Virus record (IMG/VR): IMGVR_UViG_3300025000_000053
Location: 1 to 64,000 of that record
Length of the DNA stretch: 64,000 bases
Reading direction: 5' to 3' (one strand)
This document shows, one piece after another, positions 30,620 to 40,915 of the stretch (the first letter of the stretch is position 1; the number at the start of each line of letters is the position of its first letter). Below the pieces are notes generated by a model. It did not search any database and was not told the origin of the DNA. It saw only the letters and a list, made by a program, of their open reading frames with translations. The position numbers were made by a program, and so were the translations under genes.

Positions 30620-31345
30620 TTAAATAATGAATATTGGACTCTGTTCTAAATGTGAAATATCTCGATATTTCTCAATCATTTCTTTTCTATCAGATTCAGC
30701 GTTAGACCATTCATCTATTTTTAAAGATATTGTACCATAAGCTGTTTGAATTTCATTATAATGCTTTAATGTATTATATAAGAATCTTTTAATATCAATT
30801 AATGCTAATTCATAAAAACTTTCCCATTGTGTTGATGGTATTGTGGCCAGATTTGTAGTATGGGCTAACCCAATTTCAACATCAATTTCACCATACATTG
30901 TTGCAAAATTATATAATACTAAAATATTAGGTTCTTGAAATTTAAATGTCATCGGTGGGGCAGCAACCGACATTAAATCAGCACTAGCTTGACCTAACAT
31001 TAATGATTCATATGTTGAAATTTCTCCATCAAATATTGGAGATGTATATCCATTAGAAAAAGATTTATTTTTAGGATTTACATTCTTTATCATTATAACT
31101 TTTTTATCACCAAAAATATCAGGTAATTTATAAGATGATTCACTGTAATTAGAATTTAAACAAGTTAGAGTTCTTATATCTAAATTTAATTTCATTGTGT
31201 AAGGAAAGAATACACTATAAGATGTTAAAGACTTTAATTTAATAACATTAAACAATGTTTCATCAGGTTTTTCAAAAGGAAGAGCTAATCCATATATACC
31301 TAAATCCATTTTTATAGAAGTTAATAAATCACTAACATTTATCAT
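30620..31345 (-). CDS. Probable neck/head-tail adaptor protein
   Basis: Next to prohead protease; C-terminal GTISLKIDEWSNAESDRKEMIE resembles T4 gp13-type ends. Confidence 0.5.
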   Translation of the reverse strand: MINVSDLLTSIKMDLGIYGLALPFEKPDETLFNVIKLKSLTSYSVFFPYTMKLNLDIRTLTCLNSNYSESSYKLPDIFGDKKVIMIKNVNPKNKSFSNGYTSPIFDGEISTYESLMLGQASADLMSVAAPPMTFKFQEPNILVLYNFATMYGEIDVEIGLAHTTNLATIPSTQWESFYELALIDIKRFLYNTLKHYNEIQTAYGTISLKIDEWSNAESDRKEMIEKYRDISHLEQSPIFII

Positions 31346-31368
31346 TTTTTATCACCACTCTTATTTTT

Positions 31369-32199
31369 TTATAGTCTTGACATAAAATGAGTAATATCTC
31401 TTTTTATTTTATCCTCAATTTTTACAATAAAAGTAGAACCATTTTCTTTTAAAATCACATTTTTAAAATCAGATGTAACTTCCATACTTTCACTTACAAC
31501 TTCATATATATTAGAGACCAATTTAATATTCTTTGATTCAGTTTTGATAAAATCAACAATTTGTGATTCTTGAACTGTAGTTAATAGATTTTCTTGTATA
31601 GTGTTACCACTAAGTTCAATATTTTTAATAATTTTTTTAATTGGAACTGAATCATCTCTATACGCTTTATCATGACTAGGAAGTATAACCCAATCATATG
31701 TAACAACATGACCTCTACTATTAATTAACCCACCATTAGCTGTTTTAACAACTTTAGCTAATGCTCTTAGACTAAAAGCAGGTTCCATTCCCTGTAAGAT
31801 AGATTTAGTCATATCTTTACCAAAATGGTCATTATCTAATGTCTCAATTCTTCCTCTTAATAAATTACCAGATAAATTAAATGATAAAATTTTATGAGAT
31901 GTTAATTTAGGATCAATTACTAATATACGTTTTGGATCATCTGATGTTGGATGACCTGCCTCACCACACCATGAGTTCTTTAATATTAATTCACTAATAT
32001 GAGGAGCATTTAATGATTCCATCATAGGTTTATCAACATATAATCTCCCGTTTCTATTTTTTATATTAAACTCTTGTAATACTGTATCAAACTGTAAATA
32101 AAATAAATTATCTCTATTGATTGTTTTTAAATTTATTGGTTTAACTGGTTCTGAAACAGACTCCCTTATAAGATAAGCGACAACTTCTTGTTTTTGCAT
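31369..32199 (-). CDS. Prohead maturation protease (T4 gp21-like)
   Basis: NRNGRLY, GEAGHP, FSLRA, YDWVILPS; late motif at 32242-32253 (-). Confidence 0.87.
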   Translation of the reverse strand: MQKQEVVAYLIRESVSEPVKPINLKTINRDNLFYLQFDTVLQEFNIKNRNGRLYVDKPMMESLNAPHISELILKNSWCGEAGHPTSDDPKRILVIDPKLTSHKILSFNLSGNLLRGRIETLDNDHFGKDMTKSILQGMEPAFSLRALAKVVKTANGGLINSRGHVVTYDWVILPSHDKAYRDDSVPIKKIIKNIELSGNTIQENLLTTVQESQIVDFIKTESKNIKLVSNIYEVVSESMEVTSDFKNVILKENGSTFIVKIEDKIKRDITHFMSRL

Positions 32200-32345
32200 A
32201 ATTATATAATCAACTCCTTTAAGTTATTTTATAGGTATTTTTAAATTATTGTTTTTGGTTGTTCATATAATTCTTATAAATAAAGTCTTTATTTGTAACA
32301 CAAACAAATATTTAAATGAATATTTATAAAGGAGTGAATTAATTT

Positions 32346-33899
32346 ATGAATATAAACATAGATAGAGTTTTATCTAATGTAAAAGTTAATACTATTAAAA
32401 AAGAGTTTACTATTTTAAAAGAAAACTATTCGGCTGTAAATTCAATTAATTTTTTAAAGTTTGTACGTTCCCAACCTATTGATACTATTTTTGAGAATTC
32501 TCAATATATATTTTCAGAATTAAGAGAAGGATATAAATTTTACAATAGAATTTTAAAATCCTTTGATTTATCATTAGAACAACTACAAGTTCAACAAAAT
32601 AAATTAAATGATTTTATAACTAAATGTAAAAATGAAAAATACAATAATAAAAATCATCTTATTTCACTTAATGAATCTATTGAGTTTATTAAATCGGAAA
32701 TACAATATAAAAATAGTTTTGAATATTTAAAAGAATCCATTATTTATGATATTCATTGTAATTATCTTCAGCCAGTATTGGAAAATAATATTAATGACAT
32801 AATGGATGAAATTATATTAGATATAAATTATGAGCCTGAACTTTTGTCTGATTATCAAGCTCTTATTCAAAATATAGAAAAAAATTATATATTAGTAACA
32901 GGAAAGAACTTTCCTTTAATTCTAACCAAAAACACTGTTCTTATTTTATCTATGGGTGGAATTATAGCTGGAACACTTCTTATATTAGTTTTATCAATAC
33001 CTTTGCTGATAGTTAATTCAATTATAGAAAAAAAATTAGATACTAAATATATTGAATCATATAAATATTGTATAAGGAAAGAAATATCAAGATTGAAATT
33101 ATCTAAAGAAGAGGATGTTAATAGAAAGAAAAATACTGATAAATATATTGACCAATTGGAATTGGCATATAAAAAATTAGATGAGTTTAAAGGTAGTAAT
33201 ATTATTAAAGAAAATACTGGTTCAGTAACAACTATAAATGAGGATGAAAATGATTTAACAACCACCATTTTAACTCAATTTATTGATACTTTAGTATTTG
33301 ATGAAGAAGAAGATGACGAAACTGAAGACATGCAAATTGAATTAGAAAATTTTAATATTTTAATTAGAAATATAAGAAAATTACAATCATTAAAAGAAAG
33401 AGAATATTTACAAGAAAGTTTAATTAATGATGCTAGTAGAAAGGTTGCTCATGCAGTTCGTTCTACAGGCAAATCTATAAGTAATGCTGGTACTAATGTT
33501 AAAAAATCAACTAATAATGTTGTAGATGCTTTTAATGATACAATTGATAAATATAGAAAAATGCAAGCAAATGAAAGAAGAAATAGAATTATTGAAGGTG
33601 GTTCTCAATTTACTTTAATGAAAATAATTAAATATGGTATTGCAGTTGGGGGAATTTGGGCTGTTTCACCAGCTTTAGCAGCTATAGGTTTATTGGCTTC
33701 AATTGCTCTTGATATTAGAGCTGATGATAAAGCAAGAAAAAAAATTCTTGATGACTTAGAAGATGAATTAAAAATAGTTGAAGCTAAAATAGAAGATTCT
33801 AGAAATGATGAACAAAAAGAAAAAAAATATCAATTAATGAGAATTAAAGGTAAATTAGAAAAAGATATTGCTCGAATTAAATACAGGTTAAATGATTAG
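32346..33899 (+). CDS. Probable head/inner virion protein
   Basis: Late motif 32303-32314; head module; two hydrophobic segments. Confidence 0.55.
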   Translation: MNINIDRVLSNVKVNTIKKEFTILKENYSAVNSINFLKFVRSQPIDTIFENSQYIFSELREGYKFYNRILKSFDLSLEQLQVQQNKLNDFITKCKNEKYNNKNHLISLNESIEFIKSEIQYKNSFEYLKESIIYDIHCNYLQPVLENNINDIMDEIILDINYEPELLSDYQALIQNIEKNYILVTGKNFPLILTKNTVLILSMGGIIAGTLLILVLSIPLLIVNSIIEKKLDTKYIESYKYCIRKEISRLKLSKEEDVNRKKNTDKYIDQLELAYKKLDEFKGSNIIKENTGSVTTINEDENDLTTTILTQFIDTLVFDEEEDDETEDMQIELENFNILIRNIRKLQSLKEREYLQESLINDASRKVAHAVRSTGKSISNAGTNVKKSTNNVVDAFNDTIDKYRKMQANERRNRIIEGGSQFTLMKIIKYGIAVGGIWAVSPALAAIGLLASIALDIRADDKARKKILDDLEDELKIVEAKIEDSRNDEQKEKKYQLMRIKGKLEKDIARIKYRLND

Positions 33900-33913
33900 G
33901 AGGTGTTATTAAT

Positions 33914-34660
33914 ATGGATTTTTTTGATGTGTTATTAGAAGCTAAAAAATCTAAATCAACAAAAACACCATCTAAAAAAACTATTAAAGTAGATAGTCCT
34001 TCAAATAAAACTACTGATTACTCAGATGATGTTAAAATTGATAACAAAGACGATAGTAAAGATGATGACAGTAATAATAAAGATAATGATGTAACTGACT
34101 ATACAGATGATGAAAATAATAAAGATGATAATACAACAGATTACACATCAGAAGATGTACAAAAAGATCCAACTGATAATCCTGATGATAGCACAGATAC
34201 AACAGATGAAAATACTGATGATAATATAGATGGTACTAATGATTATACTGATGAAAATATGGATGACAATACAGATGATTCATCTGATGATACTGATAAT
34301 TCAGACTCAACTGATGAAAGTTCAGATGATGATAATAATGAAAAAATTAAAAATAATAGTTTATTAAAAGATTATTTAGATCTTTATTATTTAACAAAAA
34401 ATACTATTACTAAATTATCAAATTTAGATAAGAGCGATATAATACTAAATAAAGTTTCAACACAAGTTATTTCAAATTTAAATAAAATTCAAAATCAAAT
34501 ATTTAGTTTTATTTTATATAAGTTTTCAAAAAATAATTATATAAATAACCTATATCAATATAACTATTTTATTGAAGCCTTTAGAATTAATATTGAAATG
34601 GTAAAAAAAATAAGCTTTTTTGTGACCAATAAACAAAACAAATATATAAAAAATCAATGA
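33914..34660 (+). CDS. Acidic low-complexity protein, scaffold-like
   Basis: D/N/T-rich tract with repeated (T/N)DY(T/S); directly upstream of capsid gene. Confidence 0.55.
   Translation: MDFFDVLLEAKKSKSTKTPSKKTIKVDSPSNKTTDYSDDVKIDNKDDSKDDDSNNKDNDVTDYTDDENNKDDNTTDYTSEDVQKDPTDNPDDSTDTTDENTDDNIDGTNDYTDENMDDNTDDSSDDTDNSDSTDESSDDDNNEKIKNNSLLKDYLDLYYLTKNTITKLSNLDKSDIILNKVSTQVISNLNKIQNQIFSFILYKFSKNNYINNLYQYNYFIEAFRINIEMVKKISFFVTNKQNKYIKNQ
34637..34648 (+). promoter_or_regulatory. Late-type promoter of capsid gene (representative of 16 AACA-N6-TA sites)
   Basis: AACAAATATATA; matches the AR9 nvRNAP late consensus as recalled. Confidence 0.7.
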
Positions 34661-34676
34661 GAGGAAGTGCCAAAGA

Positions 34677-36383
34677 ATGTACGAATACTTAGATGACAAT
34701 CAAAACCCGACGAGGGTAATTGGCTCGTTTACTATGGATAGAAATACAGATTTTAAAGACAATTTTAAAGCTCTTGTTGAAAACTTCAAAGGACATTACA
34801 GTATTGACCCCATTGATGATTTACTTAAAATTTTAAAAGTTGATACCTTAAGAGAAGATTATAAAGACCAACTACTTGGTGATGTTGATACAGGACAGAT
34901 TGATGATATGTATTATTCATTACATCCTCAAAAACTAAGTCAATTGTTTGAAAACACATGCCTAGAACTTATTAAAGAATCTTCGGACATCGGACAATTA
35001 TCTCCGATTGTTGGTATTTCATTACCGGTACTTAAAAAAAATTATTTGGAATGTCATTCTAAAGATATTGTTATGACAGAAATCCCCACCAAACCAATTA
35101 TTAAAATTGCGTTTGAAAGAAAATTTTTAAAAGATAAACCTGGTAATAAGTATTATATTCCTGAAATTTTTTATGATGGTTCTTATGCGGATGTAGTTGC
35201 AAAAACTAAAGGTGCCGCTATTGTAAATACATGGTTTCCGGCAGATGAAGGAGTAACATTACCCTTCCAAGATTTACCGATTATGAGATTGTCAGGTGGT
35301 TCTCTTGAAACAAGAGACAGTCTTGCTTATGATTTCTGTATTGAAGCTGTTAAAATGACTGTTGATGGTGAGGATAAAATCATTGATGGTTTAAATGTTC
35401 AGGCTGATTTTGGTTCCAACAACTCTTTTAACTATCGTGTTAAAACTGTAAATGCAGCTGGTCAATCTGTAGAAGATATAATTACAGGTCAGGTGGATAC
35501 CTATTCAGGTTCCGTATCTGTTGCGTGTACAAGTGGTAAAATAACTAAAGTGAGATTTGGTGGACACTTAAGTAATGAAAATAACGTTGAAACCGTTGAA
35601 CTGGATAAAGAAAGAGTGACCAAAGAATGGAAAATTCCTGATGGTCAAAGAATTAACACCGGTTTGACCATTGAGAAAATTAAAGATAACCGTGCTTTAT
35701 TTAATACAAATCTAACTGCTGATATTATTACTGATATGAGTACGGTTTTGACTCATTTCGAAGACAGTAATATTCTACAGTTTTTAGATGACAGTTTTGG
35801 TAAATGGAAAGATAAAAAAGACCTACCTTTTGGTTATACTGGTGGTTTTGTCGAAACCTCTAGTTTTAACTGTTTCCCAACTTCAAGTGTTCACATTCCA
35901 ATTTCACAATGGATTAATACTGAACTTAAGTTTTATTTGACTCGTCTTATTGATGAACTCAAAACAAAACTCAAAATCACCGATATGATGTTTGTTATTT
36001 ATGGTAATCCAAGTAATATTACTTTGATTCAAGATAATGTTAAATGGGTTATAGATGAGGATACGAAAATCGGTGGAATTCAACTTGAATACAAATTTGG
36101 TGTACTTACCGGTAATAAGAGTAGAGTTCACGTTGTAAGTTCATTGAAAGTTCCAAGGGAGAAAGGGCTACGTATTGTAGCATTTCCTCTGACTCAAGAA
36201 ACAATTACATTCAAGCATTACAAATATAGTATGAACATTGAAAATGTTTACAGAAATCCAAATACTCCGCTGATTCCCAACATTATGGGAACCTCCAGAT
36301 ATTTAACAACTGAAGTTCTTCCAGTTCAAGGTGGAATGACTTTGCTAAATAATGATTTCGGTATTAGTAAATACTCTTCTTAA
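34677..36383 (+). CDS. Major capsid protein
   Basis: 568 aa, late motif 34637-34648, position after scaffold-like gene and near protease, terminator after. Confidence 0.75.
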   Translation: MYEYLDDNQNPTRVIGSFTMDRNTDFKDNFKALVENFKGHYSIDPIDDLLKILKVDTLREDYKDQLLGDVDTGQIDDMYYSLHPQKLSQLFENTCLELIKESSDIGQLSPIVGISLPVLKKNYLECHSKDIVMTEIPTKPIIKIAFERKFLKDKPGNKYYIPEIFYDGSYADVVAKTKGAAIVNTWFPADEGVTLPFQDLPIMRLSGGSLETRDSLAYDFCIEAVKMTVDGEDKIIDGLNVQADFGSNNSFNYRVKTVNAAGQSVEDIITGQVDTYSGSVSVACTSGKITKVRFGGHLSNENNVETVELDKERVTKEWKIPDGQRINTGLTIEKIKDNRALFNTNLTADIITDMSTVLTHFEDSNILQFLDDSFGKWKDKKDLPFGYTGGFVETSSFNCFPTSSVHIPISQWINTELKFYLTRLIDELKTKLKITDMMFVIYGNPSNITLIQDNVKWVIDEDTKIGGIQLEYKFGVLTGNKSRVHVVSSLKVPREKGLRIVAFPLTQETITFKHYKYSMNIENVYRNPNTPLIPNIMGTSRYLTTEVLPVQGGMTLLNNDFGISKYSS

Positions 36384-36483
36384 TACAAATATATAAAGAT
36401 TATAGGTTAATAACCTATAATCTTTATTATTTATTTCAAAGAACACTTTAGTAATATAAAACAATTGAAAGGATGGTTATAAA

Positions 36484-37722
36484 ATGTCAGATTCTATACT
36501 AAAAATAGTTGAAAATTGTTTTAAAGAAATAAAAGAAAAAGTAAATATTTTATCTAATTTAAATATAATTGAACGTAATATAAATAGATTATTTGATTTA
36601 AATTTTAAAGTTAGTATTGTAGAAAATAATATTAATGAATTTTTTGGTATGAGTGTCTTTCCATCAACAAATCTTATTGATAATGTTATTTTAGCAACAT
36701 TTAAAAGAGATGTTAGAACACAATTAGATATTATAATGAAAATGTGGGGAGAAGAAAGAGATTGGTTTTTAGAAATAGATAGTATATTATTATATGATAA
36801 AAATTTAAATGTTAATCCATCGGAAATTGTAGCTGTATTATTACATGAAATAGGCCATGTTATTCATTCTAATGAAGCACCACAAAGATTTGTTAGACTA
36901 GTTAAATATTCATTGATGAATATTAATTTTCATATTAGAGAATTATGTAAAAATGATACAATAAGAAAATTATTTTCATTAGCACTAATTGAATCATGTA
37001 TAACTAAAAACTTTAATATAATTCAATCTAATACAGAAGTTATTGCAGATAAACATGTAATAAAATTTGGTTATGGTGATTCTTTAAATAATTTTATTGA
37101 TAAATTAATTACATCACAAAATAATAGATTAGTTGAAAGAACAGATAAAGATAAAGACATAGATGTGAAAATTATTATTAAATGGACAATAGATAATATT
37201 AGTGAATTAGAATTTAGGAAAAATAAATTAAGAAGTACAATACAAGCTGAAATGCTAGGCACATCAAGTATGTATATTAAATCATATCTTAAAAAACTAG
37301 CTGTTATATTTTTTGGTGAACAAGGTGCTGATAGTTATAAACAGATCTTATCTGAACAATATTTTGTTGAAATGTGTAATTTAAGTAAAACAAAAGTTAT
37401 TAAAGAATTCTTTGATAAGTTTGGTAAAATTAAAAAGATTCAACAAAGTGATATTGATATTCTCTTTATTGAATTTGATAAAATGCAAAATAATAATGAT
37501 AAAATTTACCTTATTGAATTAATTCATGATAAATTAGATACTATTAGTATGGCTTTAGAATGTATTAATAATAATGAAAAAGATAGAGTTCAACAAAGTG
37601 AAACTACTCTTAAAGGATTTAAAACTCAATTAGAAAAGTTAAGATTACAAACTTTGAGTATTCATCTTAAAGAAAAAGAATATGGTTTATTTATTAAATA
37701 CCCAAAAGGATATGAGGGTTAA
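36484..37722 (+). CDS. Late protein with HEXXH metallopeptidase motif
   Basis: VLLHEIGH, EVIADK..GYG; late motif 36442-36453. Confidence 0.6.
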   Translation: MSDSILKIVENCFKEIKEKVNILSNLNIIERNINRLFDLNFKVSIVENNINEFFGMSVFPSTNLIDNVILATFKRDVRTQLDIIMKMWGEERDWFLEIDSILLYDKNLNVNPSEIVAVLLHEIGHVIHSNEAPQRFVRLVKYSLMNINFHIRELCKNDTIRKLFSLALIESCITKNFNIIQSNTEVIADKHVIKFGYGDSLNNFIDKLITSQNNRLVERTDKDKDIDVKIIIKWTIDNISELEFRKNKLRSTIQAEMLGTSSMYIKSYLKKLAVIFFGEQGADSYKQILSEQYFVEMCNLSKTKVIKEFFDKFGKIKKIQQSDIDILFIEFDKMQNNNDKIYLIELIHDKLDTISMALECINNNEKDRVQQSETTLKGFKTQLEKLRLQTLSIHLKEKEYGLFIKYPKGYEG

Positions 37723-37773
37723 ATAAAAAATAATAAAGTTTATATTTTTTACATGGAGGTGTACAATAATTTT

Positions 37774-39444
37774 ATGAATATAATTAGTCAGATTCAACAT
37801 AGAAGGGATACTACAGCTAATTGGGAATTAAATAATCCTATATTAAATGAAGGTGAATTAGGAATAGAATTTAGAACTAATGGATCTACAGGTGTTAAAA
37901 TAGGTGATGGGACTAGTACATGGAATGATTTAGTATATATTAGTGCTGATGGTATTACAGTAGAAACACAGGAAGCTATTGATGATATAGCTGGTGAAGG
38001 GAGAACTATTGAAACAGTTAAAGGATTAAGTGATATAGTTAGTAATCATTTGGATGATATTGCAAAAGTATTTAAATTGGCTACAGAGCTAGGAATGGTG
38101 GATAATGACGAAACAAAAGCTGTTGCAAACTATGAAATTATTAATACTTTCCTAAATGGTGGAGAAAATAGAGTAATATTTTTAAATGGTGGTAAATTTT
38201 GGATTAGTGAAAAGTTAAGGTTAACTCTACCCCATACATCTATATTAGGAAACAATAGGGGTAAAAATCTTGATGTATCTTGTATTGCTGGAAATTTTGC
38301 TGATACTGTAATTGAAGTGGCTATTATCTCGGGGGATAATGGCTCGTATATTCAAAACATAGCTATAGACGGTAATGATGTAGCAACAATGGGATTAGAT
38401 ACTGGAAACAATAATTTCCATGATAATTTGTTTGACGGAATTTATATTGATAATATCAATGGTGTTGGTTTTCATGTAGGTGAAAATAATTATTCATCCA
38501 TTTATTACAGAATATTTACTGGAAGTGAATGCTCGGTAGGTTTACAATTAGAAAGTGAAGCAAATCAACAAAGTAGTTTTCGAGATTGTAAATTTCTTGG
38601 AATTACTTATGGTGGTATTATTGGAACTGATGATAATGTAAAAGAAGAATTAAGATGTATTGATTTTTCAGGTTGTTTATTTAATTCTCCTGGTACCCCG
38701 TTGAAATTTAACAAGTGTAGTTACGGGATAGAATTTCAAAGAACATGGGTGGAAAAATCTACTTCTGGTATATTATCAGACTATTTGATAATTTTAGGTT
38801 CCATAGATACCAAGGCATCTGGCATAACATTTACTGACACACATTTCCAAAGTAATGCATTAACTAATTATACATTTCATTGGAAAAACGCAGATGCAAT
38901 TAATTTTATGGGTAATGTAAAAATTAATAATAGTGTAAATGGGTTTATAGATGCAACTGGAGCAATTACAGTAAATTCAAACAGTATTTTTTTGGCAACT
39001 GGGGCACCAAATCCTACAACAGTAGTTAATGGATTAAAAATTTCACAATTGTTTAAGCTATACTTGGGTGATTCTGTTGTTACAGACCCTCAGTTTAAAA
39101 CGTCTGTGTATATTGATTTAGATGCACAAACAGCTGCTTCACCAAACGGAGTTCTTATAAGATCAAGACGTAAGAGTGAAACACAGGACAGAGTTTCACT
39201 AAAAGAATCAGGGTTATATTTTGGTGACGGATCTATTGCTGCTGATACTAGATTTGCAAGAAAAAGTGCAGGTGTGGGGGGTATGGGAACAGGTCAACAT
39301 TTTCAACTTGATGGTACTTGGGATGGTGGTCATTTTCTGATGGGTAATTATCATATGTGGATTGACGGGACCGGAAAACCAAGACTTAAAAATGGTGCTC
39401 CGACGAGTGATACAGACGGAGTTATATTTAGTGCAATAGTATAA
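37774..39444 (+). CDS. Fibre/spike protein: Mtd-like N-terminal domain + beta-helix (possible depolymerase)
   Basis: QIQHRRDTTANW..NPILNEGELG..KIGDG; G/N/I-rich beta-helix-like repeats. Confidence 0.75.
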   Translation: MNIISQIQHRRDTTANWELNNPILNEGELGIEFRTNGSTGVKIGDGTSTWNDLVYISADGITVETQEAIDDIAGEGRTIETVKGLSDIVSNHLDDIAKVFKLATELGMVDNDETKAVANYEIINTFLNGGENRVIFLNGGKFWISEKLRLTLPHTSILGNNRGKNLDVSCIAGNFADTVIEVAIISGDNGSYIQNIAIDGNDVATMGLDTGNNNFHDNLFDGIYIDNINGVGFHVGENNYSSIYYRIFTGSECSVGLQLESEANQQSSFRDCKFLGITYGGIIGTDDNVKEELRCIDFSGCLFNSPGTPLKFNKCSYGIEFQRTWVEKSTSGILSDYLIILGSIDTKASGITFTDTHFQSNALTNYTFHWKNADAINFMGNVKINNSVNGFIDATGAITVNSNSIFLATGAPNPTTVVNGLKISQLFKLYLGDSVVTDPQFKTSVYIDLDAQTAASPNGVLIRSRRKSETQDRVSLKESGLYFGDGSIAADTRFARKSAGVGGMGTGQHFQLDGTWDGGHFLMGNYHMWIDGTGKPRLKNGAPTSDTDGVIFSAIV

Positions 39445-39464
39445 ATTAGGAGGTGTGAAACTTA

Positions 39465-39737
39465 ATGGGACTGATTCAAAGAGTTGAATTTGAAAATGGG
39501 CTTATAGCAGAAAATTGCTACCATAAAGTTGGAAGTGTAAGTCACGGTGATAATACCGGACTGATTGAATTATTATTATACAAAGATCAGCCTGCCAAAA
39601 ATGATGGTAAACCAGTAATTGATAAAAAGTATTATGTGTTTATACCTTCAGTTGAGGACAATGCACCTAATGCTAAGAAGCAGGCATATTTGTATTTGAA
39701 AAGCTTACCAGAATTTACAAATGTTATTGATGCATAA
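39465..39737 (+). CDS. Small fibre-associated protein (chaperone-like)
   Basis: Follows fibre gene; QAYLYLKSLPEF C-terminus. Confidence 0.55.
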   Translation: MGLIQRVEFENGLIAENCYHKVGSVSHGDNTGLIELLLYKDQPAKNDGKPVIDKKYYVFIPSVEDNAPNAKKQAYLYLKSLPEFTNVIDA

Positions 39738-39884
39738 TAAATATATGATATACAACAATATATATGTTGACAAACCAAATATATAAATTAATAATATTAA
39801 AACTTATCTTTATAATAAAGATAAGTTTTAATATATTTTAACATCTCAATAAATCATATATATATATTAAGGAGGTTTTATCAT

Positions 39885-40529
39885 GTGAAGAAACCATATA
39901 TTTATGATTTAGAAACTAAGAATTTATCTTTTATACAAACGGCTAAAGATTTACATATACTTGGTATTAAGAATAATGTATTTTTTTTAAAGCTATATGA
40001 TAAATCTTTAAAGAAAGTTGATCCCCATTCACCATTTTTAACAGATGATCAAATTATTAAAATTATTAATGAGTGTATGATTAACCCTTGGTATTATTTA
40101 AGAGAGGTTGCAAGGATTCCAGATCAGGGTGGTCGTGGTATAAGTTACCAGTTAAATAGAGGTAATTTAGCATCTACTTGGTGTTATTTAAATGGTATAG
40201 ACGACTATTTAGTATTACCAAGACAAATAGGTAAAACACAAAGTAAACTATGTATAATAAATTGGACATTTTTACTAGGTACTACTAATTCACAATTTAT
40301 GTTTTTGAGTTTAGATCAAACGGCCGCTAATGAAAATCTTGATAGGTTAAAAAAACAAAGAGATTTATTACCTCCTTATTTACAATTTAAACTAGTAACT
40401 TCAGATGAAGGTAAAATTATTAAAGAAATTGATAATGTTAAAACTCTAGTTAACCCAGTTAATAATAATAAAATTGTAACTAAACCTTCTGCTAAATCAA
40501 CTGAAGCTGCTGAGAAAATAGGTAGGGGT
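39885..40529 (+). CDS. terL: Terminase large subunit, exon 1; join(39885..40529,40916..42334), 687 aa
   Basis: Walker A LPRQIGKT; spliced GRG|NTQPIQMYDE gives Walker B; late motif 39840-39851. Confidence 0.88.
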
Positions 40530-40915
40530 AATTTTTTAGCCCCAACATATAGTAATATATGTTAAAAACTTCTTTAATTGTCGGGGAAGCTCTTAGAGCC
40601 TAAAACTACTAAATTAATATAGTAATATATTAATGGCTTGGACTAATCAACCAAGGTATAGTAATAAGGTTTTAGGATTGGGTGATCCGCAGCTAAGATT
40701 CCTGTATACAGGAATAAAGTTCAACGACTATCCCATGGATCTAAAATGATCATTAGGAGTAGGGCTCAAGTGAGTGGGTGAAAATCCCTTAAATCGAAAT
40801 AGGAGACTCCTTATTATTTAATAATAAGGATGAAGATATAGTCTAGTATCCTAAGGAAATCTTAGGGAAGTTCATAAGAGAACTGCATAGATTAACGACC
40901 TATGTGAATATATCG
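40530..40915 (+). mobile_element. Group I intron 3 (386 nt, no ORF)
   Basis: P1 GGGGU|..GCCCC; conserved core; terminal G 40915; frame restored. Confidence 0.93.

Noticed and set aside
34010-34340. GAT/AAT-rich low-complexity tract as a DNA repeat element
   Set aside because: Explained by the Asp/Asn/Thr-rich coding sequence
40904-40915. GTG/ATG 12 nt before the 3' splice site, in frame with exon 2 in four introns
   Set aside because: Part of the conserved terminal stem, no RBS, and out of frame in intron 2; ORF-track starts 40904, 48221 and 51661 are treated as artefacts
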